A stretch of DNA of 64,000 nucleotides. It comes from Phormidesmis sp. Its GTDB lineage: Bacteria; Cyanobacteriota; Cyanobacteriia; Leptolyngbyales; Leptolyngbyaceae. Both the position numbers and the translations under genes were made by a program. Positions 38,993 to 50,340 of this stretch are shown here, in pieces; within the stretch, counting starts at the first letter, position 1, and every line of letters starts with the position of its first letter. A model generated the notes under the pieces. That model ran no database searches. It had not been told where the DNA came from and was given only the letters and a program-made list of their open reading frames with translations. The stretch is taken from contig CBDFJR010000002.1 in the NCBI GenBank assembly GCA_965248535.1, forward strand, positions 2,144,001 through 2,208,000. Reading direction: 5' to 3'.

Positions 38993-40126
38993 TTAGGCGG
39001 CGGTTGAGAGCGATCGACTCGCGACAACCCGCCGATAATAGCTTTGCAGTTGGCGGGTTGCGGCTGACCAACTCCAGCGCTCTGCCTCTTGGCGCGCATT
39101 GCGGCGCAGGGTTTCACGCTCTTCTGGGCTAGACAGCAGGCGTTGAGTAGCGGCGATCGCGCCCCGATCGTCCGTTGGGTCAAACAGATAGCCGTTGACT
39201 CCATCTTCTACAATGTCAGGAATGCCGCCCGATCGGGCCGCCACCACGGGGCACCCTGCGGCCATCGCTTCTAGCAAGACTAACCCTAAGGTCTCGGTGC
39301 GCGACGGAAAGACGAAAGCATCCGCCGAGGCAAAGGCAGCCGCCAACTCTTGACCGCCCAGATAGCCCACAAAATGAGTCCGAGTCTCGGCAAAATATTT
39401 TTCTAAGGTTTGGCGATTAGGGCCGTCACCCACGAGAGCCAGTCTAGCGTTGGGAATGGCTTCTAAAATGGGCTTGATGCGCTCGATTTCTTTTTCGGCA
39501 CCGAGGCGACCGACGTAGAGCAAAAGCGGATCTTCGGGGTGCCCCTGACTGAGGCGATCGCGCATTTCTAGACTTGCGAGATCGGGCTGAAAGGTTTCGG
39601 TGTCAACGCCGCGCTGCCAGAGGTCAACTCGCTCGATGCCATGCTCAGTCAGGGTTTGCACCATAGCAGTTGAGGTGCACAAGTTGAGCGCTGCCTGATT
39701 ATGTCCGGCTTTGAGCAACTCCCAGAGCAACCCTTCTAAGGCTCCTAACCCATAGTGTTGAAGATATTCGGGCAGGTGAGTGTGGTAGGAGGCCAGGATC
39801 GGAATATTGAGGGTTTTGCCATAAAACAGCCCGGCTAGACCCAGAATCGCCGGATTGACGACATGAATAATATCGGGGTCAAAGCGCGAAAGTTCTTCGC
39901 CGATCGCGGGGCGAGGCAGCGCCAGCTTTAACTCTGGATACATCGGTAATGGAAACCCAGACACCCCGTAAATCTTGGCTCCTTTGTGCTCGGTCAAACC
40001 GCCATCGGGGGAGAAGATCAACACGTCGTCTCCCAGGCGTTGAAGATGGTCAACGGTGTGGCGCAATCGGGTCACAATGCCGTCAACTTTGGGCAAAAAC
40101 GTCTCAGTGAATAGAGCGATTCGCAT
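38993..40126 (-). CDS. sqdX: sulfoquinovosyldiacylglycerol synthase (glycosyltransferase)
   Basis: MRIALFTETFLPKVDGIV, ASYHTHLP, FPSRTETLGLVLLEAMAAG; downstream of sqdB. Confidence 0.88.
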   Translation of the reverse strand: MRIALFTETFLPKVDGIVTRLRHTVDHLQRLGDDVLIFSPDGGLTEHKGAKIYGVSGFPLPMYPELKLALPRPAIGEELSRFDPDIIHVVNPAILGLAGLFYGKTLNIPILASYHTHLPEYLQHYGLGALEGLLWELLKAGHNQAALNLCTSTAMVQTLTEHGIERVDLWQRGVDTETFQPDLASLEMRDRLSQGHPEDPLLLYVGRLGAEKEIERIKPILEAIPNARLALVGDGPNRQTLEKYFAETRTHFVGYLGGQELAAAFASADAFVFPSRTETLGLVLLEAMAAGCPVVAARSGGIPDIVEDGVNGYLFDPTDDRGAIAATQRLLSSPEERETLRRNARQEAERWSWSAATRQLQSYYRRVVASRSLSTAA

Positions 40127-40168
40127 AAGCAGTGAAATGAACACTATAAAATAGCTATCGGACGCGGA

Positions 40169-40453
40169 TCAATCTTTAGGCACGGTGCAGATTCCATGAA
40201 TTCCGATCGCGACGATCACCCCTCCTAATAAAACCCCAATGCCTTCAGCAAAGCAGTTGAGTCGATGCCGCATTTCTGCTGACTCGGCGATCGTCAGATC
40301 TCGTAAACTGGCGTTGGCTGCTGCCAGTTTTGCATAGTTTTGGTGACTCTTATCGAGCGCTGCCCAATCGGGAAACAGGAAGAAGCCGCTAATTAAAACA
40401 GCACCTAAGCCCGGCGCGATCGTGAAGGTTAACAAGACCAAAACTCGATTCAT
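40169..40453 (-). CDS. small two-TM hypothetical protein
   Basis: 94-aa ORF between sqdB and sqdX on the same strand with short gaps; HRLNCFAEGIGVLLG. Confidence 0.7.
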   Translation of the reverse strand: MNRVLVLLTFTIAPGLGAVLISGFFLFPDWAALDKSHQNYAKLAAANASLRDLTIAESAEMRHRLNCFAEGIGVLLGGVIVAIGIHGICTVPKD

Positions 40454-40469
40454 AAACCGATGGGGTAAT

Positions 40470-41699
<1,230 letters not shown>

Positions 41700-41857
41700 T
41701 TAGGATTTGGATGACAGAGACTAGGTTTCAGGAGTTGATGGGACAAACTATCTCAAGGAATAATTTGTTCTTAATCTGGGCATTACCTGTTGCTAACGTG
41801 GCGATCGTGGGGCTTGGGGGAGGTAGTTTGGAACATTTCGTTAGTGGCGTGGATGCT

Positions 41858-41882
41858 GGGCACGGCGGTGCCATGCCCGTAC
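41858..41882. repeat. single REP-like palindrome
   Basis: GGGCACGGCGGTGCCATGCCCGTAC, identical to 38473-38497. Confidence 0.8.
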
Positions 41883-41949
41883 GAGGGAGGAGTCTTCTGA
41901 GGGGATGTTAGGCTCTTGGGTCGATTTGGTTTTGCTGAATCTATGATCT

Positions 41950-42540
41950 CTAGACGGGGACTTCATCGGCAAAGCTGGCCCAGCGCACAAAGTCAAACGG
42001 CCCAGCGACAGAACCCCACACCAGTTCGTCGGTTTCAAGATCTCGGCCCCGATCGAGACTCAACAAGCGCTGATCATCGATCTCAAATTCGTTGTCTAAA
42101 TAGGTGCTCTGACCTTTGCGAACCACAACACAAGCTTTTCCTGGCTCTACTCGCCCTTTAAAGCTCTGTCCTGTCCATTCAACAATCATGCTACAGCCAG
42201 ACATTTTCTCAAGCTGGTCGATCGTCAGGGCTTGCAGCCGACTGATATCGCGAGATGCCCCATAAAATTTGGCTTCGTCGCGCACTTGGTAATGCTCGAT
42301 TTCAATATGTCCACCGTTTTCAACAAATTTGAGAACGCGCATCCGATAAGGGGTGTTGAGCATATAGTCATAAGCTTGCTCTAGAAAAAGACTGGCTCCT
42401 GACAGGAGCGCGATCGGCAATGGGCGCATACAAACTCGAATGTGAGCATAAAAAGGCGGATTTTCAAACGCTTGCGCTTGATTGCTAAAATCGGCTGACA
42501 TCAGGCGAAGCAGAGCGGCAATGTTGGTTGAATGGGTCAT
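41950..42540 (-). CDS. cpcT: CpcT/CpeT family phycobiliprotein lyase
   Basis: MTHSTN, DFSNQAQAFENPPFYAHIRVCMRPLP, EQAYDY, PYR, DRGRD, VWGSVAGPF. Confidence 0.9.
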   Translation of the reverse strand: MTHSTNIAALLRLMSADFSNQAQAFENPPFYAHIRVCMRPLPIALLSGASLFLEQAYDYMLNTPYRMRVLKFVENGGHIEIEHYQVRDEAKFYGASRDISRLQALTIDQLEKMSGCSMIVEWTGQSFKGRVEPGKACVVVRKGQSTYLDNEFEIDDQRLLSLDRGRDLETDELVWGSVAGPFDFVRWASFADEVPV

Positions 42541-42629
42541 GAATTCAAATCGGGTGACTAAATAAAAAGGTTAGATCAAACTAAAGATAAGTCTACCTAA
42601 GAGCCTGACACGACCCAGAAAAAACCCTC

Positions 42630-42888
42630 GTAAGGGCATGGCACCGCCGTGCCCAGTGTCTACGTGGCTAACCGATATCACTGTAAGGGCATGGCACCGC
42701 CGTGCCCAGTGTCTACGCAGCTAACCGATATCACCGTAAGGGCATGGCACCGCCGTGCCCAGTGTCTACGTGGCTAACCGATATCACTGTAAGGGCGTGG
42801 CACCGCCGTGCCCAGTGTCTACGTGGCTCATCACTGTAAGGGCATGGCACCGCCGTGCCCAGTGTCTACGTGGCTAACCGATATCACT
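42630..42888. repeat. tandem array of 5 REP-containing units (53,53,53,47,53 bp)
   Basis: Unit GTAAGGGCATGGCACCGCCGTGCCCAGTGTCTACGTGGCTAACCGATATCACT starts at 42630, 42683, 42736, 42789 (6 bp shorter) and 42836; the linkers are near-identical. Confidence 0.93.
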
Positions 42889-42943
42889 CAGTCCACAATT
42901 CTAAGCATTCTAAAGCTTGAAATTTGGAATGACTTCTTTCCGT

Positions 42944-43858
42944 TCAGTCTAACTGCCGTTTTTGCTCTAGGGCTAGCTTCGCCGCGCCGACGATGCCTGC
43001 CTGGTTGCCTAATTTTGCGGGTAAAAGCTGCAAGCCCTGACGAGAGCTAGGCATGACTCTCTGAGAAATCTCTGACCAGATCGCCGGAAAGAAAAATTCT
43101 GCACTGGCACTGATGCCGCCGCCCACCACGATCGCTTCGGGGGTCAACACATAGATCAGACTACTTAGCCCAATGCCCAAGTCTCGCCCATAGAGCCGCC
43201 AAAATTCTAAGGCATCGGGTTCACCTGCCTGAGCTAGCTTGCCGAGGTGGTCAGGCTCTAGCCCCGTGCGCCGCCGAATCGCCGCGATCGCCGCATATTG
43301 TTCGAGAGAACCACGATTGCCGCTATTGCACTGGGGCGCATCCTCAGCCGGGTTGAGGGCAATTAAGCCCAACTCGCCCGCAGAGCCGTCTCGCCCGACA
43401 AACAGGCGACCATTGAGAATAATTGCCCCGCCTACCCCGGTGCCCAGCGTCAGCAAGATTAAATTTTGAAAGGGCTGCCCTGCGCCTAACCAAGCCTCGC
43501 CCAAACCCGCACAGTTGGCATCGTTGGCCAGCACCGTCACCCGTCCGGTTTTAGCTTCGAGCCAATCGGCCAGCGGCACATCTTGCCAACCCGCCAGATT
43601 GATCGCCACCCTGGCAATTCGCCCCTTTGCGTCAGCAGGCCCCGGTGTGCCAACTCCGATCGCTCGGCTCTCATGATGAGGATCGACGAGAGCGATCGCG
43701 GCCACGATCGCCACTAACACGGCTTCTGGCGTTGCTGGCTGCGGCGTGGGCACCGCTAGGGACTGCAAACAAACACCCTCTGGGCTAAACCGCCCCAATT
43801 TGATGGCCGTTCCTCCCAAGTCGATGCCCAAAACTTGATTTCTGTCTGTCGATTCCAT
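42944..43858 (-). CDS. ROK family sugar kinase (glucokinase-like)
   Basis: GIDLGGT, NDANCAGLGE, LTLGTGVGG, CNSGNRGSLE, VGGGIS. Confidence 0.9.
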   Translation of the reverse strand: MESTDRNQVLGIDLGGTAIKLGRFSPEGVCLQSLAVPTPQPATPEAVLVAIVAAIALVDPHHESRAIGVGTPGPADAKGRIARVAINLAGWQDVPLADWLEAKTGRVTVLANDANCAGLGEAWLGAGQPFQNLILLTLGTGVGGAIILNGRLFVGRDGSAGELGLIALNPAEDAPQCNSGNRGSLEQYAAIAAIRRRTGLEPDHLGKLAQAGEPDALEFWRLYGRDLGIGLSSLIYVLTPEAIVVGGGISASAEFFFPAIWSEISQRVMPSSRQGLQLLPAKLGNQAGIVGAAKLALEQKRQLD

Positions 43859-43922
43859 GCTGTCTCCAGTCTCGCCTCTCATCTGCAAGAACTCTAGACG
43901 TTATATCAGATCTGTTGCCCTT

Positions 43923-44156
43923 TTATGGCAGACCCCGCCAGGCCTGCGCCACAATCTCACTCAGCCAGCGACGCTGAGGCTGCTCTAGCAAGCTGTCATC
44001 TGCCAAAATTTCTGCCAGCAGGTCTTCTAAAGACTGCCCTTTGGCTCGTGCTAAATGAACCACCTCAGCGATCGCGGTGACAATTAGTTCTTCATTGACA
44101 GGTTTTTGTCGAAATGCAGCGATTTCTTGGTGATTCGCTGGAATAGGATAGTTCAT
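43923..44156 (-). CDS. conserved small hypothetical protein
   Basis: MNYPIP...EELIVTAIAEVVHLARAKGQSLEDLLAEILADD...RRWLSEIVAQAW. Confidence 0.7.
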   Translation of the reverse strand: MNYPIPANHQEIAAFRQKPVNEELIVTAIAEVVHLARAKGQSLEDLLAEILADDSLLEQPQRRWLSEIVAQAWRGLP

Positions 44157-44305
44157 GGCGGAGTTACACAGCGTTATAGTCGCAGTCAATTATGAGAGAG
44201 TTGTAAAGTTTCTTTAGAAAGTTTGGTATTCAGGAGTCTATCGTATTTTGATCCCCTGTCAAGCCCCTCTCCCTCGGTAAATTTATCGGAGTTTAGACCC
44301 CCCAA

Positions 44306-46495
44306 ATGAAAGAGATTCTTTATTTAGAGGTTCCTACCCCAAACACAGCACAGGTGATGCACTGGCTTCAGCAAGAGTATCAGCCAGAGATTGGGGAGAA
44401 AGTGCCGACAGCAGCAGGTTTTCGGCTGCGGCTGACTTCGCAAACCTCTCTAGAAACGGCCCATCAGCCTCAGCGATCGGCTCTTGAATCTGAGCACTCT
44501 GAAGAACTCTCGGTGTTTATTTGGACGCTTCAGCGCACCACTTATCTAAAGGTGTTTCGCTGGGGATCAGGATCTGATAAAGCAGATATCTCAATGAGAG
44601 CGCTGCCCCACGAAAAATCGTTTGTGCGGCATCTGACCCAAGCGATTAGAACACACTTTCCGCAAACCTATCCGGCACCGCCGCAAATTGATCTTTCAAA
44701 TCAGACGATTTTTGAGGCGTTGGCAGACACTTATCCCAAAACCGTCCACTATTTTCAGAAAATGCCCAATGGGGAAGCAGATCTGACTCGCGTCTATTGG
44801 TGGGAGCAGCGCTGGCGAGAAGGGGTCAGAAATCCTCAACAGCCTAAGCAAGTTGTTTTTCAAAATCACGAGCCGCCCAGTCTAAAAAATCCCATGCCTC
44901 CCGTCTATGACCTGATCTATGTCGGGGGTGCGCTGGGCACGATTCACGCTGCTGTGATGGCTCGGCTGGGCTATCGGGTGCTGCTGATCGAGCGCTTACC
45001 CTTTGGACGGATGAACCGCGAATGGAATATTTCGCGCAGTGAGTTTCAAAGTCTGATTGATTTAGAGTTGTTTACCCCGGCGGAGTTTGATCGGGTCATT
45101 GCTAGAGAATATGTAGACGGGTTTCACAAGTTTTTTGATGCCAACAATCCGCCGCAGGCAAAAGCGCGAGTGCTGCACACCCCGACGGTTTTAAACATCG
45201 CGATCGACTCCGATAAACTGCTAAAAATCTGTGGCGAAAAGCTGCGCGAGTGTGGCGGCGAGATCTGGGAAGAAACCGAGTTTTTGAGAGCCGACATTCG
45301 CCCCGATCGGGTCACGATTCAGACTCGGCATTTGCCCTCTCAGAGTCAAAAACAGGTGACCGGGCGGTTGCTGGTCGATGCGATGGGAACGGCCTCCCCG
45401 ATCGCTTGGCAACTCAACGGCGGCCGCGCCTTTGATAGTGTCTGTCCGACGGTGGGAGCGGTGATCAGCGATGGGTTTGAGCCAGGCGTGTGGGATGCTC
45501 AATTTGGCGATGTGCTCAACAGCCACGGTGATATCTCACGGGGGCGACAACTGATTTGGGAGCTATTTCCCGGCGCAGGACAGGACTTGACGTTCTACCT
45601 ATTTCACTATCATCAAGTGCATCCTGATAACCCCGGTTCGCTGTTAGAGATGTATGAAGATTTCTTTACGATCGTGCCCGAATATCGACGCTGCGACATG
45701 GACAAACTGGTGTGGAGCAAGCCGACGTTTGGCTACATTCCGGGTCACTTTAGCGTCAACGATCACGATCGTCAGGTGGCCTTTGATCGGCTGATGGCGA
45801 TCGGGGATGCTGCCTCCCTGCAATCCCCCCTTGTTTTTACAGGATTTGGGTCACTGGTGAGAAACCTCTCTCGCATGACTCATCTGCTAGACACGGCTCT
45901 CAAACACGATTTGTTGAAGGCTCGACACCTCGATCGCATTCGCGCTTATCAAAGTAATGTCGCGGTCACCTGGCTCTTTTCAAAAGGCATGATGGTGCCA
46001 ACAGGGCGATCGCTGCCGCCTCAGCAGGTAAATGCAATGCTCAACACCTTTTTTGATGTGTTGGCCACTCAGCCTCCTGACGTGGCAGAAGCGTTTATCA
46101 AAGACCGAGTGACCTGGCTCAGGTTTAACCAGATGGCGCTCATTGCGGCCTTTAAAAACCCATCCCTGCTGCTGTGGATCTGGGACATGGCAGGGGCAAA
46201 AGACCTGCTGCGCTGGCTCGGCAGCTACTTCAACTTTGGGCTAAATGCGCTGTTAAGCTGGATCTTTGCAGGCTGGCTGCCGGGAGTTTTGCACCGATCG
46301 CAGCCCTGGCTAGAGCCGCGGTTTCCGGCGCTGTGGCTGTGGTTATTGTCCCAGGCTTATGCCATCACCTATGGCATGGGCAAGCCCCAGGCAATGCCAA
46401 AACCACGATTCTCAGTTCGAGAGGTGCCCTCTAAACTATCAGACTCTCACCTAGACTCCGGGGCGACGACGAGAGAAAGTCAGGTTACAAGTTAA
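44306..46495 (+). CDS. cruA: CruA-type lycopene cyclase (flavin-dependent)
   Basis: 729 aa; YDLIYVGGALG, RMNREWNISRSE, LVDAMGTASP, FDSVCPTVG, GDAASLQSPLVFTGFGSLVRN. Confidence 0.78.
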   Translation: MKEILYLEVPTPNTAQVMHWLQQEYQPEIGEKVPTAAGFRLRLTSQTSLETAHQPQRSALESEHSEELSVFIWTLQRTTYLKVFRWGSGSDKADISMRALPHEKSFVRHLTQAIRTHFPQTYPAPPQIDLSNQTIFEALADTYPKTVHYFQKMPNGEADLTRVYWWEQRWREGVRNPQQPKQVVFQNHEPPSLKNPMPPVYDLIYVGGALGTIHAAVMARLGYRVLLIERLPFGRMNREWNISRSEFQSLIDLELFTPAEFDRVIAREYVDGFHKFFDANNPPQAKARVLHTPTVLNIAIDSDKLLKICGEKLRECGGEIWEETEFLRADIRPDRVTIQTRHLPSQSQKQVTGRLLVDAMGTASPIAWQLNGGRAFDSVCPTVGAVISDGFEPGVWDAQFGDVLNSHGDISRGRQLIWELFPGAGQDLTFYLFHYHQVHPDNPGSLLEMYEDFFTIVPEYRRCDMDKLVWSKPTFGYIPGHFSVNDHDRQVAFDRLMAIGDAASLQSPLVFTGFGSLVRNLSRMTHLLDTALKHDLLKARHLDRIRAYQSNVAVTWLFSKGMMVPTGRSLPPQQVNAMLNTFFDVLATQPPDVAEAFIKDRVTWLRFNQMALIAAFKNPSLLLWIWDMAGAKDLLRWLGSYFNFGLNALLSWIFAGWLPGVLHRSQPWLEPRFPALWLWLLSQAYAITYGMGKPQAMPKPRFSVREVPSKLSDSHLDSGATTRESQVTS

Positions 46496-46583
46496 ACAGC
46501 AAAATAGATCAGCCTCGCCAGAGTAGGGAACTTAGGGGGCAACCGTCTCGACGATGACAACTCAGAGGACTTTTACAGGTTAT

Positions 46584-47117
46584 TTAATCCACGATCCTTA
46601 AGTCCCGCGTTCCTGCTTTCACGTCGGTGGCTAAATCTGCCGGAGTCATGTCTTCATAGCGCTCAAAGGGCTGGTGAATCCAGGGGTTATCGGCCAAATA
46701 ATCGACATAATAATCGGGCTTGATCACCGAACAGGCTTTATACCAAAGCACCGCCGTTCTCACCTCTTCGATATAAAACCCATAGTGGTGCTCAAGCCAG
46801 GGAATCGATTTTTGCAACGTCACCCCAGAGTCTACTAAGTCATCGACGAGCAGAATATGACTACCAAGATTCGGCGTGGTCATGGTTAAGTCACGCGAAA
46901 ACACTAAGCTGCTGCGATTTTTTCCACTTCGATAAGAAGAGGTTGCCAAAATTGCCAGGGGCACGTTGTAGATGCGAGCTAAGACATCCCCCACTCGCAA
47001 GCCTCCTTTAGCCAGACAGACAATTTGATTAAATTCCCAATTAGACTTGTAGACTTGAGCGGCTAGGTGCTCGATCGTGCGGTGATAATCTGACCAAGAA
47101 ACATAAAGATCTGACAT
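46584..47117 (-). CDS. type I phosphoribosyltransferase (purine salvage-like)
   Basis: LAKGG, LLVDDLVDSGVT PRPP-binding motif, WIHQPFE. Confidence 0.88.
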   Translation of the reverse strand: MSDLYVSWSDYHRTIEHLAAQVYKSNWEFNQIVCLAKGGLRVGDVLARIYNVPLAILATSSYRSGKNRSSLVFSRDLTMTTPNLGSHILLVDDLVDSGVTLQKSIPWLEHHYGFYIEEVRTAVLWYKACSVIKPDYYVDYLADNPWIHQPFERYEDMTPADLATDVKAGTRDLRIVD

Positions 47118-47222
47118 GGGAAGGCGTATTAAGTCGGTTAAAGATTTGGCACGATTTAGACGATTGAACCCCAAAGATGATGAGAATAATACAACTGATC
47201 ACCCGGTTTCTTTGATGCCCTT

Positions 47223-48677
47223 ATGAATAATTCTGCCGATCGCTCTGCTGAAATGTCAGGGAAACTCAACTTAAGCACCAAGTTGGCCTACGGCGCAGGC
47301 GATCTCGGCCCCGCTATCACTGCCAACATCCTATCTGTATTTTTGCTTATTTTCTTTACCAATGTCGCCGGGCTAGAACCCGCAATGGCAGGCAGTATTG
47401 TGATGATCGGCAAAATCTGGGACGCAATTAATGACCCGATCGTGGGGATGATGAGCGATCGCACTCGCAGCCGCTGGGGCCGCCGTCACCCCTGGATGAT
47501 TTTTGGCGCGATTCCCTTCGGGATTTTCTTCTTTTTGCAATGGCTAGTGCCCCATTTCAGCAACGATCCAGCCGCCAACCAGTGGGGCTTGTTCTGGTAC
47601 TACGTGGTGATTAGCATTTTCTTCAACAGCTTCTATACGGCTGTCAACTTGCCCTACACGGCTCTCACGCCTGAACTCACCCAAGACTATGATGAACGCA
47701 CAAACCTCAACAGCTTTCGGTTTGGGTTTTCCATTGGTGGCAGCATTCTGTCACTTCTTCTGGTAGGACGCATCTTTGACATTCCATCGCTGGTCAATCA
47801 CCCTATTCAGCAGCATTTAGTCATGGGCGCAGTCTGTGCTGTCATCTCGGTTCTACCCCTATATTGGTGCGTTTGGGGCACTCGAAAGCGAGTCAAAGAA
47901 ACAGAGCGCCTGCGTCAAGAAACGAGTAATGAGGTGTCAATTCCCTATGTCGAACAGCTTAAGATCGTCTTCAACAACAAACCTTTTTTGTTTGTGATTG
48001 GGATTTATCTTTGTTCTTGGCTTGCATTGCAAAATACTGTTTCAGTGATTCCCTACTTTGTTAAGAACTGGATGGGACTGACTACACAGGATTTTATTAA
48101 TGTAATTATTGCGGTTCAAGTGACAGCATTTATCATGCTGTTTGTGTGGAAGGAGGTCAGCGAACGAGTTGGCAAAAAAGCAGTTTACTTTATGGGCATG
48201 ACAATCTGGATCATTGCCGAAATTGGACTGTTTATGGTGCAACCCGGTCAGATTTGGCTGATGTATGCCTTAGCTGTGATGGCAGGGTTTGGAGTCTCAA
48301 CGGCTTATCTAATTCCCTGGTCAATGATTCCAGATGTGATCGAGCTAGACGAGTTGCAGACAGGGCAACGCCGCGAAGGAGTGTTTTACGCCTTCATGGT
48401 GCTGCTACAAAAAGTGGCCTTGGCGATCGGGCTATTTCTCGTCGGTTGGGTGCTGCAACAATCGGGCTTTCTAAAGACCCTCGCCGGGGAGGCAGAATCG
48501 ATCCAACCCGCCTCGGCGCTTTGGGCCATTCGCGTTCTCGTCGGCCCGGCTCCTCTCGTTGTTTTAATTATTGGCTTGATATTAGCCTACTTCTACCCGA
48601 TCACTAAAGAGGTTCATGCTGAAATTTTGCTCAAGCTGCAAGAGCGCAATCGTCAACGATCGTCCGATAACCCCTAG
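47223..48677 (+). CDS. MFS transporter, GPH/MelB family
   Basis: KLAYGAGD, WDAINDPIVG, DRTRSRWGRRHPW, NLPYTALTPELT, PWSMIPDVIE, RREG. Confidence 0.9.
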   Translation: MNNSADRSAEMSGKLNLSTKLAYGAGDLGPAITANILSVFLLIFFTNVAGLEPAMAGSIVMIGKIWDAINDPIVGMMSDRTRSRWGRRHPWMIFGAIPFGIFFFLQWLVPHFSNDPAANQWGLFWYYVVISIFFNSFYTAVNLPYTALTPELTQDYDERTNLNSFRFGFSIGGSILSLLLVGRIFDIPSLVNHPIQQHLVMGAVCAVISVLPLYWCVWGTRKRVKETERLRQETSNEVSIPYVEQLKIVFNNKPFLFVIGIYLCSWLALQNTVSVIPYFVKNWMGLTTQDFINVIIAVQVTAFIMLFVWKEVSERVGKKAVYFMGMTIWIIAEIGLFMVQPGQIWLMYALAVMAGFGVSTAYLIPWSMIPDVIELDELQTGQRREGVFYAFMVLLQKVALAIGLFLVGWVLQQSGFLKTLAGEAESIQPASALWAIRVLVGPAPLVVLIIGLILAYFYPITKEVHAEILLKLQERNRQRSSDNP

Positions 48678-48694
48678 TTTTTTTGCCTGACTTG

Positions 48695-49189
48695 TCACCA
48701 GCCCCAAGAGCCAGGTTCCCCTTTAAACGGCCCCACGATATTGCTCGTCACCCAGCCCCCATAGAAGTTTCCGGGCTGTGGGGTCACCCTTTCACCATCG
48801 ACATAGCAAGCCTCCATCGGCGCAGCATAGAAGGCAATGTAGTGCTCGATCGCTGCAAACTCAGGAGTCGGATGGGCATAATACCAGGCCACATCGATCG
48901 CTTGCTGATCGCCCACTGACACCGTGTAATAGCTGCCCGACCCCTTCCACTCGCAGTAGGTCGATCGGGCAGAGGCAACCAAATACTGCATCTGAATGTC
49001 ATCCGGCGGAATGTAATAAACGGGCGGATGGCTCGTTTCTAGCACCCGCATCGCCCGCCGCGTGTCGGCAATGACTTCGCCATTGAACACGACTTGAATC
49101 GGCTTTTCAGTCAACTCTAATCGAGGCGGACGGGGATAATCCCACACAGATTCTTGACCAAGCAGCGGAGCGATCGGGTGAGGACGCAT
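48695..49189 (-). CDS. DUF427 domain protein
   Basis: ESVWDYPRPP, VLETSHPPVYYIP, CEWKG, AWYY, GPFKGEPGSWGW. Confidence 0.88.
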   Translation of the reverse strand: MRPHPIAPLLGQESVWDYPRPPRLELTEKPIQVVFNGEVIADTRRAMRVLETSHPPVYYIPPDDIQMQYLVASARSTYCEWKGSGSYYTVSVGDQQAIDVAWYYAHPTPEFAAIEHYIAFYAAPMEACYVDGERVTPQPGNFYGGWVTSNIVGPFKGEPGSWGW

Positions 49190-49367
49190 GAAAAACTCTT
49201 AAAACACTGTATGCACGATCGGCACTTAGGCGCAGGACATTATCATGCCCGCTGCCCATGTGCATAGCCCATAATACCTAATCCACAATCGCAAAGGGAC
49301 ACGATCGCACCGCATCCCCATTGACTTTCTATCTAAAGACGCTCTATCTAAACTCGTTGTCTAGCCC

Positions 49368-50123
49368 TTACCAAAGAGCACGAACTCCACCATTTCCACC
49401 ACCACTGGGGGTCGAAGAAGGCGTAGTCGTCGTGCTGTCGGGAGCCGTCGAGGGCGTAGTCGTCGTGCTGTCGGGAGTCATCGGCATAGTAGAGCCATCA
49501 GGAGCCGTCGAGGGCGTGGTCATGGTGCCAGGCGTGCCAGGAATGCTGCTGGGGGTCGTCGTAGAATCGGTAGGGTTGTTGCCACCCGGCGAGATAGAGC
49601 CACCCGGTGCCGCAGTCGGCGCACCCATTGTGCTGGGCATTGAAGAATCGCGAGGCGAAGTCGGCACCACTACATCGTTTGTGGAACCGCTCGGTGCCGA
49701 CGAAGGATTAGTAGGGGTGCCGCTCGGTGTCGCGGTTGAGTCTGTCGAACTGCCCTGAGGCGAACGGTTCAAGGTAGGCCCAAGGTTAGACGGTTCTGCG
49801 GTAGGGGCAGAAGAGGGGCTGGTGGGGGTGCCGCTCGGTGTCGCGCTGGTTCCTGATTTGCCGCCTCTGTCTAGGTTAGGAACCGTGTCGCTAGGCTGAG
49901 ACATGCTTCCTGATGAAGACCCGCCCATCGATTGGGCAACGCGATTGTAGGGAGCTTCACTAAAAATCGTCGGGTTAGGATTGACCTTCGAGAGTGAAGG
50001 GCTGGCTGACAAAGCAGGCAATGACAACAGAGAGCTTGCGCCTGCAAACCCCAAAGTGCCCAAGAGTTTTGCCCACAGTTTTGTGGTGTTAGAAGCGCTA
50101 GCGCGTTGATTCGTTCCGTTCAT
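49368..50123 (-). CDS. secreted Ser/Thr/Pro-rich low-complexity protein
   Basis: Signal peptide, NPNPTIFSEAPYNR, internal repeats (ATPSGTPT x2; TTPSTAPD), C-terminal GGVRALW; AAGGAG SD. Confidence 0.7.
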   Translation of the reverse strand: MNGTNQRASASNTTKLWAKLLGTLGFAGASSLLSLPALSASPSLSKVNPNPTIFSEAPYNRVAQSMGGSSSGSMSQPSDTVPNLDRGGKSGTSATPSGTPTSPSSAPTAEPSNLGPTLNRSPQGSSTDSTATPSGTPTNPSSAPSGSTNDVVVPTSPRDSSMPSTMGAPTAAPGGSISPGGNNPTDSTTTPSSIPGTPGTMTTPSTAPDGSTMPMTPDSTTTTPSTAPDSTTTTPSSTPSGGGNGGVRALW

Positions 50124-50340
50124 GTTGATCTCCTTACTATTGATGATCTGGCAACCCCAGAGGCTGCTTTTTAAGAGCCAAAATCGCGGCTCATTGCTGC
50201 ACGAATAATCTGAATTGGGATCATCGCCACTTGCCAGAAGTGTAAGGATTCACTAGGTAGGGATACTCTCCCCCCGGATATAGATCTATGTTTCTCAACA
50301 AATACTCAACAAATTCTTAACAGAACTGTGGTGTTACTCC

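Noticed and set aside
42630..42888. CRISPR array
   Set aside because: The would-be spacers are near-identical, there are no cas genes, and the same palindrome occurs as dispersed single copies, so it is a REP-type tandem repeat.
49321..49758. 145-aa V/G/E-rich plus-strand ORF
   Set aside because: Antisense shadow of the S/T/P-rich gene, which has the SD and signal peptide.
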